From Eledone cirrhosa (lineage: Eukaryota), in the NCBI GenBank assembly GCA_964016885.1, contig OZ024743.1, positions 80,476,001 to 80,540,000 on the forward strand: DNA of 64,000 nt, in the 5' to 3' direction. Shown here piece after piece: positions 11,060 through 25,800 of this stretch (position 1 is the stretch's first letter; each line of letters begins with the position of its first letter). The notes under the pieces are model-generated. The model was not told the origin of the DNA and made no database searches. It saw nothing but the letters and a program-made list of their open reading frames with translations. Position numbers and translations under genes: made by a program.

Positions 11060-14000
11060 ATGACCTCACTCAGAACAGGCAGCTTAAATGCGCGTGGCTT
11101 GGGGTCGTCATGGAAGCAGGGCCACCTGCTCAGCGACCTCAGGTCACTAAACATAGATGTAGTGGCCATCAGCGAGACCAGAATCTCCGGAGCACAGGCT
11201 TTCGCACCGATCTTCGGCGGCTACGATGTGTACGCATCTCCCAGCCGTCCGGGATCGGGGGGAGGAGTTGCTGTGCTTTTTCGGAGAGGTTTGGATCTTG
11301 CCATACGGGCCATCTTCCTGGACCCAGAGGGTAAGTTGGTGGTGCTGGACGTGACCAGCGGAGACGGGCAAGCTTTCAGGTTAGTGGCCGTCTATGCCCC
11401 GACAGGAGCAGGGCGGCCTGATTTTCTTCCGGCGTCTGGAGACCTTTCTTGGAACGTCCCGCTCTTTAGTGTTAGTGGGCGACTGGAACGGGATCTTAGA
11501 TGCACGCTGGGATTGTGTGGAACTAGTGGATAGGGAAGGAGGGTGCAAGAGTCTCACCAACCTGCTCAGACGTTTTGAACTGTCTGACAGGTACCGAATG
11601 GATTTCCCGAATGTACCAATGTGGACTTGGACAAATCGCATAGGGTCATCCAGATCATATCTAGATAGAGTATTTTGTAGGGAAATAGATAGGTCTAGCA
11701 TAGGCTGTCCACAATTCAAGATAGTCAGCTACACGGACCACAAATTCGTGATCTGTGTGCTTCACTTAGATAGGCTTCATAGACGAGGACACGGCTACTG
11801 GAAGCTGAACGCGTCCTTACCAGCGCGCAAGGCCTACAGTGACCGGATTAGCGAACTAGTTAAGCAGGCGTTGACGGGGGCCATCGTCAACAACAAGTGG
11901 TGGTTTGCTCTGAAAAGAGCAATTAGAATAGAGTCCATTAGGTTTAGTAAGACTTTAGCAATAGAGAAAAATAGAGCAGAGGGAGAATTAGTTAGAAAAT
12001 TAGATGAGGCGCTTAGCAAAGGCATCGCGACCGACGTACTTGCGGTGAAATTGGCCCTTGACCAATTCTTCAATGCAAAGCACGAAGGCTGCGTTGTCAG
12101 AGCTAGGGTGCGTGCTCTCAGACACGAGGGGACGAAAGCCGTTCAATGGGCCCGGGTGGCGGAGGCGCGTCGTGGCAACAAAGCCATGATCCGGTCTTTG
12201 GTGGACCACGACGGGCGCATGCTACTCGATCCCGGGCAAATGTGTGAAGCTTTTCAGCGACACTTCGCTCAACTGTTCGGGGGCAGTGGCGGGCCGGATC
12301 GAGGGATGGACTTTAGTGTCTACCTCGACGGACTGCCGCGGCTTTCGGCCACTGAGGCGGAGTGTTGCGAAAAGCCGATAACAACCGCTGAAGTACGGGA
12401 TGCAATGACTAGTTGCACAAGGGGTAAATCGCCTGGTTTGGATGGTCTGCCCTATGAACTTTACGTACAAATGCCAAACTTGTTCGGAGGCCTCTTGGCG
12501 GACGTCTACTGCAACTGGCAACAGAACGGGAGAATTCCCAGCTCTGTGAGCCGAGGAGCGGTGGCGCTGCTGAGAAAGGATCCGAACAAGGGGGATAACA
12601 TAGATAATTTTAGGCCCATAACTCTGCTAAACACAGAGTTCAAGATTTTGGCCAAGGTGCTAGCAAAGAGGTTGGCGCTTGTCGTTGGTGGTCTGGTGGG
12701 AGGGGCACAGACATGCGCCATTCCCGACAGATCCATCCACGACAACCTCCACCTCATGCGATACTTCGTAGAGAGGGTAGCTAGGGAACCTGGCACGGGT
12801 GGGTCTTTGATCAATTTAGATCAGTCGAAAGCCTTCGATAGGGTCGACCATCGTTACCTAGCGGCAGTCCTGAGGGCGGCTGACTTTGGGCCCGTCTTCC
12901 GAGGCTGGATCGCTGCCATGCACAGCGACATCTGCTCTGTAGTGAGAGTGAACGGTCATTTTTCGGAACCGCTCAACATCATGCGCTCGGTCCGCCAAGG
13001 ATGTCCCCTCTCGTCCCTATTGTACGTATTGACTCTCGAGCCATTACTGCACAAACTGGAGACGTTGAGGGGGGTCCCGCGCGAACTAGGATGCGGAAGA
13101 TCTGTGTCAGCATATGCCGACGATGTCACCGTAGTGGTGTCGAACGCCAAACACATCGAGGCGATCGGCACTACACTAAGAGAATACGAAGCGGTGACAG
13201 GAGCAATGATCAACCAGGAAAAGTCAGTGGGCCTGCAGCTCGGCACCTGGAGAGGCAGGTCCATGCCGTCCAACAGCGTCGTCGGGCGCTGGACGGACGG
13301 ACCGGTTAAATTGCTAGGGGTCTGGTTCGGTCCAGACCTCCAGACGGACAAAAACTGGGACGAGGTGACGAGCAGGGTGGCTTCTCTCACCCAGAAATGG
13401 GCCGAGAGGAAGCTATCCCTGAAAGGTCGAGCGGAGGTGGCGAATGCGTACATCGCATCCGTCATCTACTACCGCCTGACCGTCGTACCTTGTCCTAAGC
13501 CCCGCCTGACTGCGCTGGAGCGTCTGCTCTTTCGCTTCTTGTGGAAGGGACGCGCTCCGATGGTCAGGCGGTCCATCTGCTGTCAACACCCGCTACGTGG
13601 AGGTCTGGGCATGCCGTGGCTGATGATGCGCAGACACGCGCTCAGGCTACGACATTTCCACCTCTTTCTCGACGGTGATCAGGTGTGGTCGCCGTTTGCT
13701 AGACACGTTTTTCCCCAGCTCGTCTCCTTGACGGAGCTGCAGTCCTGGGTCAAGCGAAGACCGAGAGGGAGCGCTTGGAGACTGGAATGTCTTCAGGCGC
13801 TCACAGCCCTCGACCAATCGGGCAATGTGATCGGTGGAAACTCCACCTTGGCGTTCTATAGGGGATTAGTGGAGGGGAAGAGCGACGACGTACTTGGAGA
13901 AACTCTAGGCGTCGACGAAAATCAACTAGCCAATCTCTTCGGAAGGACTTTCGGGCCGGGGCCTATGGACAACTTCCAGAAATCCCTGGCCTGGCAGTGC

Positions 14001-14063
14001 TACCGAGGAGCTTTGCCAGTTGGGGATAAACTCTACAGGCATGGAGGTGCCTGTAGAGTTTAA
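11060..14063 (+). pseudogene. Tx1-like ORF2 APE endonuclease-reverse transcriptase, one frameshift and a C-terminal deletion
   Basis: SLNARGL, ISET, VYAP, then a +1 shift near 11422 to GDWN, TDH, GYWKLN, QGCPLS, YADD. About 290 bp present in copy 1 (about 5917-6205) is absent after 14060. Confidence 0.9.
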
Positions 14064-14421
14064 AAAGGAAAATCAGGGTAGAGAGGGAAGTGCTCTCTTC
14101 CCAGCATTTTGTTGAAAGATGGGTGAGAGAAGCAAGTATGGCCCGAATGAATGGGTCTACTCTGAGTATGTGTCTGTAAATTAAAGGTGGAAAACTGGGA
14201 GAGGGCACTTGCCCTGGTGGTCAGGGCCACTGTGGTCTTTTAATGGGCTTTCTCCACAAATGTCCCTCGGAAGTCTCCCCTCTATTGGGGAATTTTTCTT
14301 TGTTATTTTATTTCAACCTCTGTTTTTTTACACGCAGAAATGCTCATTTGTACCGTCCTGTATTGTCCTGTACTCTCCTTAATGTCTACTTTATGTAAAC
14401 CCTTGTGGTTAATAAAGAAAA

Positions 14422-14422
<1 letters not shown>

Positions 14423-14479
<57 letters not shown>
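14423..14479. repeat. (TTA)n microsatellite
   Basis: Direct sequence. Confidence 0.95.
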
Positions 14480-14822
14480 TAACTTTGTCTCTGCTCCTTC
14501 CGAGCTCGATAAAATATAGTTTCAGTCAACCACTTTTGGATTACCACTTGTGGATTACTGCTGTATACTGTGGTGGGTATACATGCGTATAGGAATTTAA
14601 CTGGGTATAGAAATTTGATTTATCTCCCTTTGTATGTTGCCTCTAGTGTTCCTTTAATCCACGTTAGTCATTAACACGAAGGTCTCTTGAAAGTGTTTCT
14701 ACGAAATTTCGAAGTTACTTCAGTTTTCATGGGATTTTCGTGGGATTTAGTTACACATCTTTCTTGTTAAGCTTAAATAAAATCATGATGAAAGTTTCTT
14801 CAGATAAATCTAAATATTTTAA

Positions 14823-15052
14823 CCCTTTTGTTAGCATATTTCTAATTAGAGACCCTGTCTCTTATGTTCAGATAAATTTGAAAATAATAAAGATTTACTA
14901 ATATTCCTTCCTCCTTATTAAGTTGGTGTTTCGAACATAAAGTCTTTTACATAAAATGATGGAAGGTTTTTAGATAAATATAAACACTTTAAAACGCACA
15001 GCTTTGTATTGTAGAACCAAAGGCGGTTTCATGCGGATTGCTATCAAAAGGG
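14823..15052. mobile_element. Putative piggyBac-like MITE (230 bp)
   Basis: TTAA|CCCTTTTGTTAGCA ... TGCTATCAAAAGGG|TTAG: 14-bp TIR with 1 mismatch and a TTAA-like target site. Confidence 0.6.
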
Positions 15053-15599
15053 TTAGCATGTATCTGTTGATACATGTAGTGTCAGCTGCAATGGAATGTT
15101 GTTGGATTGTAAAGGTCACAGTGGTCATATTGGTTGTCGTGGTGCCATCAGCTCCACGTTTTGTTGTGGAATGTTGCCGGGTTCTAGCAATCGCAGAGGT
15201 CAAATTCGCTGTCACTGGAGAAACATGGCTACCAGATGTGCTGCTTTCTTTACTGTTAACCCTTTCCATACCAAACCACCTGAATAAAAAAAATCCTAGT
15301 TTTATGATACGAAACATTGTTTTTACATGTTTTACATTTATCTGAAAACCTTACATCATAATTTTATGTTCCACCTTTGTTAAGTTATGTTCCAAGTACT
15401 TTATGAGAAAACTATTTGTATTACAGAATTCCAGCAAATCCTTATTTTCAAATGTATTTAAAAATCATAGGCAGTGTTTTGTTAGATATATGTTAATGGA
15501 ACGTCTTCTATTGACTTATTGGCAGCAATACTATCTATACTATTGTTATAACATATTGGGTTCTTATTTAGGCATATGGTCAACAATTTTGGAGGAAAG

Positions 15600-15772
15600 G
15601 GAAAGTCGATTAAATTGACCCAGGTGCATGACTGGTACTTGTTATCGACTCCGTAAGGATGGCAGGCAAAGCTAACCACAGCAGAGTTAGAACTCAGATC
15701 GGAAAGGGATGTAGCTCTATCACATAAAGTATGTTGTCCAACGACCCACCGATACTACCAATCCACCGCCCT
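15600..15772 (-). mobile_element. tRNA-derived SINE, diverged
   Basis: Reverse complement of the 22013-22205 family (actggtact..ttatcgactccgtaaggatggcaggc, accgatactaccaatccacc). Confidence 0.65.
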
Positions 15773-16149
15773 AATAGTGTTTTAAATATTAAAATAACTA
15801 TTATCATATTCCTTGGCTTATATTATATTTTTGTATTATTATTGTTTATTGTGAATTGGTAGAATCGGTAGAGCGCTGGAAAAAGGCTTTGCGTTATTTT
15901 GTTATGATTTTCTACCACCATAATTACTACCACGACCACCACCGCCACCACTACCGCCATCACCACCACCACCACCATCATGAACACCACCACCACCACC
16001 ACCAAACACAAATAGTAAGCTACTCAATACATTAGTAGTGTAAGCATGTTTAATATAGAAATGACTTCTACAAGACTAAAACTGTTTCATTCAAAAGAAA
16101 TTATCAGGAAAGCATACATAGATAAAGCTTTCTCAATATTATATATATA

Positions 16150-17336
16150 CTACCTAGCCCGTCCGGCTGGCGCCCGGCTAGGTATACCGGCATTTTATGT
16201 TTTCAGGATTCCCCCCTCCACTCCAGTGCAAAGATACCGCACGCCCTCTCAAGTCAGTGACGAGGTGGAGGGGTTAACGTACTCTGATGTTGGGTTTGAA
16301 TAGTTTTTACTATTCTCCAGTTCAGCAGCCAGTTCGTTAAAGACAATTGATAGTTACAATAATAAAGGCTGAACAGAGAACACATTTTTTAACAAACTTT
16401 ACAACAATTTGTACTACCATAATGGAAATTCTAAGTAACAGAAAATACATAAATTACATTGTTAGAGCCTCAGAGTATACAATATTTTTTGTTCGGCCCT
16501 CGGGAGCAAAGATGAAGAGATTGTTTGGCGAGCTCACCCTAGAGCATCCTACATACAATTGACCATGGGAGAAGCATGGTTTTCCCAGATGAAGGCCAGC
16601 CACTTTCAGGGTTTGACCCTGAGCTTTGTTGATGGTAATCGCGAAGCTTAGTCTATCTGTTGCTTTAGTAACATATTTTCTTCTGGAAAATCTGAACTTG
16701 CGGCCAGGCTGGGACATTTTGGGTGGCATATCGGCAGTAACAATGACGATAAGCCGTCTGTGCTTTCGTGAAATAAATACGTTTGTTTATATTTTGTTTT
16801 TGTGTATGCAAAACTATCTGTATGCGAATAAATAAATATAAATATATATATTAAAATAACAGATTAAAGTTTAAGCAAAGAATCGCTGCTTTCATCATTA
16901 ACGGGATATTCTGAAACTAAAAAAAATAAATCTGTGAACGCAGAGGTAAATATTTTGAAAACGTTGCAACCGAAGGAAAACAGGAAGACGATATTTTGGT
17001 TCCTGAAGACAGACAGATATTATAAGCGTGCGACGTTATAGCTATGTATCTAATGCAGACAGTCATACATACAGAGCTATGTATCTATCTAAAAAGAGAG
17101 ACTAAGAAAGAGAAGGGAATATCGTATAACGGGAAGTGTTGACATTTGAAAATTTTAAAGTAGTGAATATTTAAATAAACGATAAAATATCTTTAATCTT
17201 TTAACGAAATTTCGAAGATAAAAATAACCTCACTTTTTTACTTGGAAAAAGTTACATCTATGGTGAAAGTTTGGTGCTGTTTGGTCCAGCCGTTTGGCGG
17301 AAAGTTTGTTACCTACATACGGCCGTCGGCTTTATA

Positions 17337-17340
<4 letters not shown>
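16150..17340 (-). mobile_element. Non-autonomous Helitron retaining a helicase 3' fragment
   Basis: GC-rich hairpin (ccggctggcgcccgg) near a CTAG-like 3' end in (TA)n; internal Pif1-like fragment. The 5' boundary is approximate. Confidence 0.7.
16454..16655 (-). pseudogene. Pif1-family (Helitron RepHel) helicase C-terminal fragment
   Basis: RLSFAITINKAQGQTL...CFSHGQLYVGCSRV...TKNIVYSEAL, SF1 helicase motifs V/VI typical of Helitrons. Confidence 0.9.
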
Positions 17341-18336
<996 letters not shown>

Positions 18337-18418
18337 GTAATAATAATAAAATTGAAGACTAAAATCCAAAGAAGGCTCGATAAGGAAAATATATATCAAA
18401 TATATAAGAACCGTAGAG

Positions 18419-18986
<568 letters not shown>

Positions 18987-19367
18987 GAGAGAGAGAGGGG
19001 AAGAGGTTGTGTGAAATGCATGTCTATCTCTGATTTCTGAGTGACTAGGTGATAGGTATGTGGATAAGGAGTAAGTGTCATGGGAAAATAAGCTGACGAA
19101 TCTGTTGGTATGAGGTTAGAGACACAGTTAATAATAGGTAAGGAATTATTCAGAGTAGTTTGGTTGTAATAACTTATAAAAACCAATAGACTGAGGCCTT
19201 TAGTGAGGCACACAAATATATTGACATATGTGAACACACAACTGGCTAACAAAGACAAAACTGAAAATGAATGCCAGAACACATTTGCATATATATATAT
19301 ACACATGCACATTATATACACACACATTGTATATAGCAAACCTATCTATCTATATATATCTATATCT

Positions 19368-19527
<160 letters not shown>

Positions 19528-19913
19528 ATATATATATACATATACTCATTCTTATATATTTCTTATCTCACACGAAGAATGGCGAGGTTTTATTCATTGA
19601 TGAGTATTTCCGAAAGCGCCATCAGATATGAGAATATGTATGTGCCTGTGTGTGTGTCCATGTGTGTGCCTGTGTGTGTGTCCGTGTGTGTGTCTGTGTG
19701 TGAGTCTGTGTGTTTATATATGTGTGTGTCTGTGTTAATCTGTAAACATACATAGTTATGCACGGTTTCCGGTAAATGATAAACTCAACAAAACGCATTG
19801 AGTACTCCTTTCAATTTCCCCATTTACATATTCCACAGCACGCACACACAAACACATATACTCTCACACATATACATATATTTATACACACACATATATA
19901 AATACATTTATAG

Positions 19914-19965
<52 letters not shown>

Positions 19966-19969
<4 letters not shown>

Positions 19970-20155
19970 AAGTATGACCTCGACGGCAGAGCTCAAGCCG
20001 TTTCGACGGCTAGTTCTGAGTCCAGAAATAGCCGTAGAAACGGCTTGAGCTCTGCCGTCGGGGTCATACTTTTTCCTATTTTCCACTCTACTACCCTAAG
20101 TATTGAGTACTCTGGTGCGTTATGGTCCATCTGGTTCCTTACCACCATTCCTTTG

Positions 20156-20157
<2 letters not shown>
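19966..20157 (+). mobile_element. Truncated Penelope pLTR (family E) with fold-back inversion
   Basis: 19966-20075 is a near-perfect inverted repeat; 20020-20157 is homologous to the reverse complement of 62808-62948; both ends lie in (TA)n. Confidence 0.75.
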
Positions 20158-20206
<49 letters not shown>

Positions 20207-20406
20207 AGTGCAGTGTTGGTCTACACGCTTATTAGAGAGTTGATGCATTTCTGCCAAATGGATTTCAAAAGAGAAGGATGAAGATAGTGACTTGAACAAT
20301 AACATATATTCTGTGTGAGGTAACAGTCTTTTGTAGAAGGAGTACTGTCGGATGGATGGGCAACAATAATGCAGCATATGGCATTGAATCTTATCAAACA
20401 TGAAGA

Positions 20407-21302
<896 letters not shown>

Positions 21303-21353
21303 TTACGTTGAATGCGCATGCAATGTTATGCAAATTTGAGGGACAAGATTAGC

Positions 21354-21383
21354 TATGTCCCAATTCCTAGCTATATATATACA

Positions 21384-21435
<52 letters not shown>

Positions 21436-21462
21436 TGTATATATATAGCTAGGAATTGGGAC

Positions 21463-21465
<3 letters not shown>
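21354..21465. repeat. Palindrome centred on (AT)n
   Basis: tatgtcccaattcctagctatatatatacataatt (at)n aattatgtatatatatagctaggaattgggacata. Confidence 0.9.
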
Positions 21466-21500
<35 letters not shown>

Positions 21501-22012
21501 ATCTGTAAACTACTAACCGAAAACCAAAAATGAAGCACGACGCTTCTTTCTCGATGAATGCCCGAAAAGATAAGAAAAGTCAGACTTCCCTCACTTTTCT
21601 GTCAACAGAATATGAAGAATCTGTAGAGTAGCAATCTTGTTTATTTACCACCAATTGTGTTTATTAAACTATGTATAGCTTATATTATTTATATTTGTTG
21701 TTGGATCCCCGACGATTTCGACGACGAGTGTTCTAGCTATTGAAACAACAAAAAAACCTGTTCATTAAATTAACGTGCAAATAGCTGATCACCCCACAGT
21801 CACATGTATACTTAGTATATTGAGGCACAATATTGGTGCTTTCATTACAGCTATAACCAGTTTTTTCCGGCTCAATAAAGTGGAACTAGGTGAAATAAAA
21901 TGTGTTACTCAAAGAAACAAAGCGCCGCCTACATTCAAATTATATCATTAGACTCGGGAGATAACTCGCTAATCACAAATCCACAAACCTTCACACATTA
22001 TATAGGAATCAA

Positions 22013-22205
22013 GGAGTGCTGGATTGGCAGTATCGGTAGAGGGTCGGACGCCATGCTTTGCAACAGAGAGTTACGGGCCTTTACGATCTGAGTTCAAATC
22101 CCGCCGAGGATAACTTTGCCTTTCATCCTTACGGGGTCGATAAAATAAAGTACCAGTAATACACTGGAGTAATTGCTGGTCTTGTGCCAAAAGTAGAAAC
22201 AATTA
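22013..22205 (+). mobile_element. tRNA-derived SINE
   Basis: A-box tggcagtatcgg, B-box gagttcaaatcc, body gcctttcatccttacggggtcgataaaataaagtaccag (resembles the MetaSINE-type central domain from memory, unverified); multiple copies in the window. Confidence 0.75.
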
Positions 22206-22264
22206 TATAAGAATTAATATGAATGAGAACGACAAGTACAATACCATTGGTGGCTTCAGTAGCA

Positions 22265-22715
22265 GCAGCAAACCATCAGGAGGTGTAGCAACAAACCATC
22301 AGGAGAGTAACAACAACAAACCATCAGAAGCTGTAGCAACAACAAACCAACAGGAGCACTAGCAACAAACCATCAGGAGTTGTAGCAACAAACCATCAGA
22401 AGCCCTAGCAACAAACCATCAGGAGCCGAAGTAACAAACCATCAGGAGCCCTAGCAACAAACCATCAGGAGCTGTAGCAACAAAACACCAGGAGCTGTAG
22501 CAACAAACCATCAGGAGTTGTAGCAACAACAAACGATCTGGAGATGTAGCAACAAAACATCAGGAGCTGTAACAACAACAAACCATCAGGAGATGTAGCA
22601 AAAAACCATCAGGAGCTGTAGCAACAAACTATCAGTAGCTGTATCAACAAACATCAGGAGCTGTAGCAATAAACCATCAGGTGCTCAAGCAACAAGCCAT
22701 CAACAGCTGTAGCAA
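22265..22715. repeat. 23-26-bp minisatellite (gcaacaaaccatcaggagctgta), about 19 copies
   Basis: Direct sequence. Confidence 0.9.
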
Positions 22716-22804
22716 CTGCTACATTATAGACAGTATCCAAAAGATCGGACAAAACATTTAAATGAGAAACAATGACGTTGATTACTTCCCCTTCTATATA
22801 TATA

Positions 22805-25800
22805 GGTAGAACACTGGAAGGTAATATCCGTAGTGGTAGAACATTGGAAGGTAATATCCGTAGTGGTAGAACTCTGGAATGTAATATCCGTAGTGGTAGA
22901 ACACTGGAATGTAATATCCGTAGTGGTAGAACACTGGAAGGTAATATCCGTAGTGGTAGAACACTGGAATGTAATATCCGTAGTGGTAGAACACTGGAAT
23001 GTAATATCCGTAGTGGTAGAACACTGGAAGGTAATATCCGTAGTGGTAGAACACTGGAATGTAATATCCGTAGTGCTAGAACACTGGAATGTAATATCCG
23101 TAGTGGAAGAACACTGGAAGGTAATATCCGTATGGGTAGAACACTGGAAGGTAATATCCGTAGTGGAAGAACACTGGAAGGTAATATCCGTAGTGGTAGA
23201 ACACTGGAATGTAATATCCGTAGTGGTAGAACACTGGAATGTAATATCCGTAGTGGTAGAACACTGGAATGTAATATCTGTAGTGGTAAAACACTGGAAT
23301 GTAATATCCGTAGTGGTAGAACACTGGAAGGTAATATCCGTAGTGGTAGAACACTGGAATGTAATAACCGTAGTGGTAGAACACTGGAATGTAATATCCG
23401 TAGTGGTAGAACACTGGAAGGTAATATCCGTAGTGGTAAAACACTGGAAGGTAATATCCGTAGTGGTAGAACACTGGAATGTAATATCCGTAGTGGTAGA
23501 ACACTGGAAGGTAATATCCGTAGTGGTAGAACACTGGAAGGTAATATCCGTAGGGGTAGAACACTGGAATGTAATATCTGTAGTGGTAGAACACTGGAAG
23601 GTAATATCTGTAGTGGTAGAACGCTGGAATGTAATATCTGTAGTGGTAGAACACTGGAAGGTAATATCTGTAGTGGTAGAACACTGGAAGGTAATATCCG
23701 TAGTGGTAGAACACTGGAAGGTAATATCCGTAGTGGTAGAACACTGGAATGTAATATCTGTAGTGGTAGAACACTGGAAGGTAATATCTGTAGTGGTAGA
23801 ACACTGGAATGTAATATCTGTAGTGGTAGAACACTGGAATGTAATATCCGTAGTGGTAGAACACTGGAAGGTAATATCCGTAGTGGTAGAACACTGGAAG
23901 GTAATATCTGTAGTGGTAGAACACTGGAATGTAATATCCGTAGTGGTAGAACATTGGAAGGTAATATCTGTAGTGGTAGAACACTGGAATGTAATATCTG
24001 TAGTGGTAGAACACTGGAAGGTAATACCCGTAGTGATAGAACACTGGAATGTAATATCCGTAGTCGTAGAACACTGGAATGTAATATCCGTAGGGGTAGA
24101 ACACTGGAAGGTAATATCTGTAGTGGTAGAACACTGGAATGTAATATCCGTAGTGGTAGAACACTGGAATGTAATATCCGTAGTGGTAGAACACTGGAAG
24201 GTAATATCCGAAGTGGTAGAACACTGGAATGTAATATCCGTAGTGGTAGAACACTGGAATGTAATATCTATAGTGGTAGAACACTGGAATGTAATATCCG
24301 TAGTGGTAGAACACTGGAATGTAATATCTGTAGTGGTAGAACACTGGAATGTAATATCTGTAGTGGTAGAACACTGGAATGTAATATCTGTAGTGGTAGA
24401 ACACTGGAATGTAATATCTGTAGTGGTAGAACACTGGAATGTAATATCCGTAGTGGTAGAACACTGGAAGGTGATATCCGTAGTGGTAGAACACTGGAAG
24501 GTGATATCCGTAGTGGTAGAACACTGGAAGGTGATATCCGTAGTGGTAGAACACTGGAAGGTAATATCTGTAGTGGTAGAACACTGGAATGTAATATCTG
24601 TAGTGGTAGAACACTGGAATGTAATATCTGTTGTGGTAGAACACTGGAAGGTAATATCCGTAGTGGTAGAACACTGGAATGTAATATCCGTAGTGGTAGA
24701 ACACTGGAATGTAATATCCGTAGTGGTAGAACACTGGAATGTAATATCCGTAGTGGTAGAACACTGGAATGTAATATCCGTAGTGGTAGAACGCTGGAAG
24801 GTAATATCCGTAGTGGTAGAACACTGGAATGTAATATCTGTAGTGGTAAAACACTGGAATGTAATATCTGTTGTGGTAGAACACTGGAAGGTAATATCCG
24901 TAGTGGTAGAACACTGGAAGGTGATATCCCTAGTGGTAGAACACTGGAAGGTAATATCTGTAGTGGTAGAACACTGGAATGTAATATCTGTAGTGGTAGA
25001 ACACTGGAATGTAATATCTGTTGTGGTAGAACACTGGAAGGTAATATCCGTAGTGGTAGAACACTGGAATGTAATATCCGTAGTGGTAGAACACTGGAAT
25101 GTAATATCCGTAGTGGTAGAACACTGGAATGTAATATCCGTAGTGGTAGAACACTGGAATGTAATATCCGTAGTGGTATAACGCTGGAAGGTAATATCCG
25201 TAGTGGTAGAACACTGGAATGTAATATCTGTAGTGGTAAAACACTGGAATGTAATATCCGTAGTGGTAGAACACTGGAAGGTGATATCCGTAGTGGTAGA
25301 ACACTGGAAGGTAATATCCGTAGTGGTAGAACACTGGAATGTAATATCCGTAGTGGTAGAACACTGGAAGGTAATATCCGTAGTGGTAGAACACTGGAAT
25401 GTAATATCCGTAGTGGTAGATCACTGGAAGGTAATATCCGTAGTGGTAGAACACTGGAAGGTAATATCCGTAGTGGTAGAACACTGGAATGTAATATCCG
25501 TAGTGGTAGAACACTGGAATGTAATATCCTTAGTGGTAGAACACAGGAAGGTAATATCCGTAGTGGTAGAACACTGGAATGTAATATCCGTAGTGGTAGA
25601 ACACTGGAATGTAATATCCGTAGTGGTAGAACACTGGAATGTAATATCTGTAGTGGTAAAACACTGGAATGTAATATCCGTAGTGGTAGAACACTGGAAT
25701 GTAATATCCGTAGTGGTAGAACACTGGAAGGTAATATCCGTAGGGGTAGAACACTGGAATGTAATATCCGTAGTGGTAGAACACTGGGATGTAATATCCG

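Larger units (their letters stand above)
8819..14421 (+). mobile_element. Tx1-like L1-clade non-LTR retrotransposon, copy 2 (near full length)
   Basis: Same 5' start (gcgacctacgtag) and 3' end (ggttaataaagaaa) as copy 1; ORF1 and ORF2 present; flanked by (TTA)n on both sides. Confidence 0.92.

Noticed and set aside
4104-13465. Antisense ORFs over the Tx1 and R4 elements
   Set aside because: Shadow frames of retrotransposon coding sequence with no independent motifs.
19090-19130. CTGACGA hammerhead core
   Set aside because: No downstream GAAA and no stem I partner.
19595-19625. Hammerhead-like ttgatgag...cgaaagcgc
   Set aside because: No convincing stem I or II and no NUH site.
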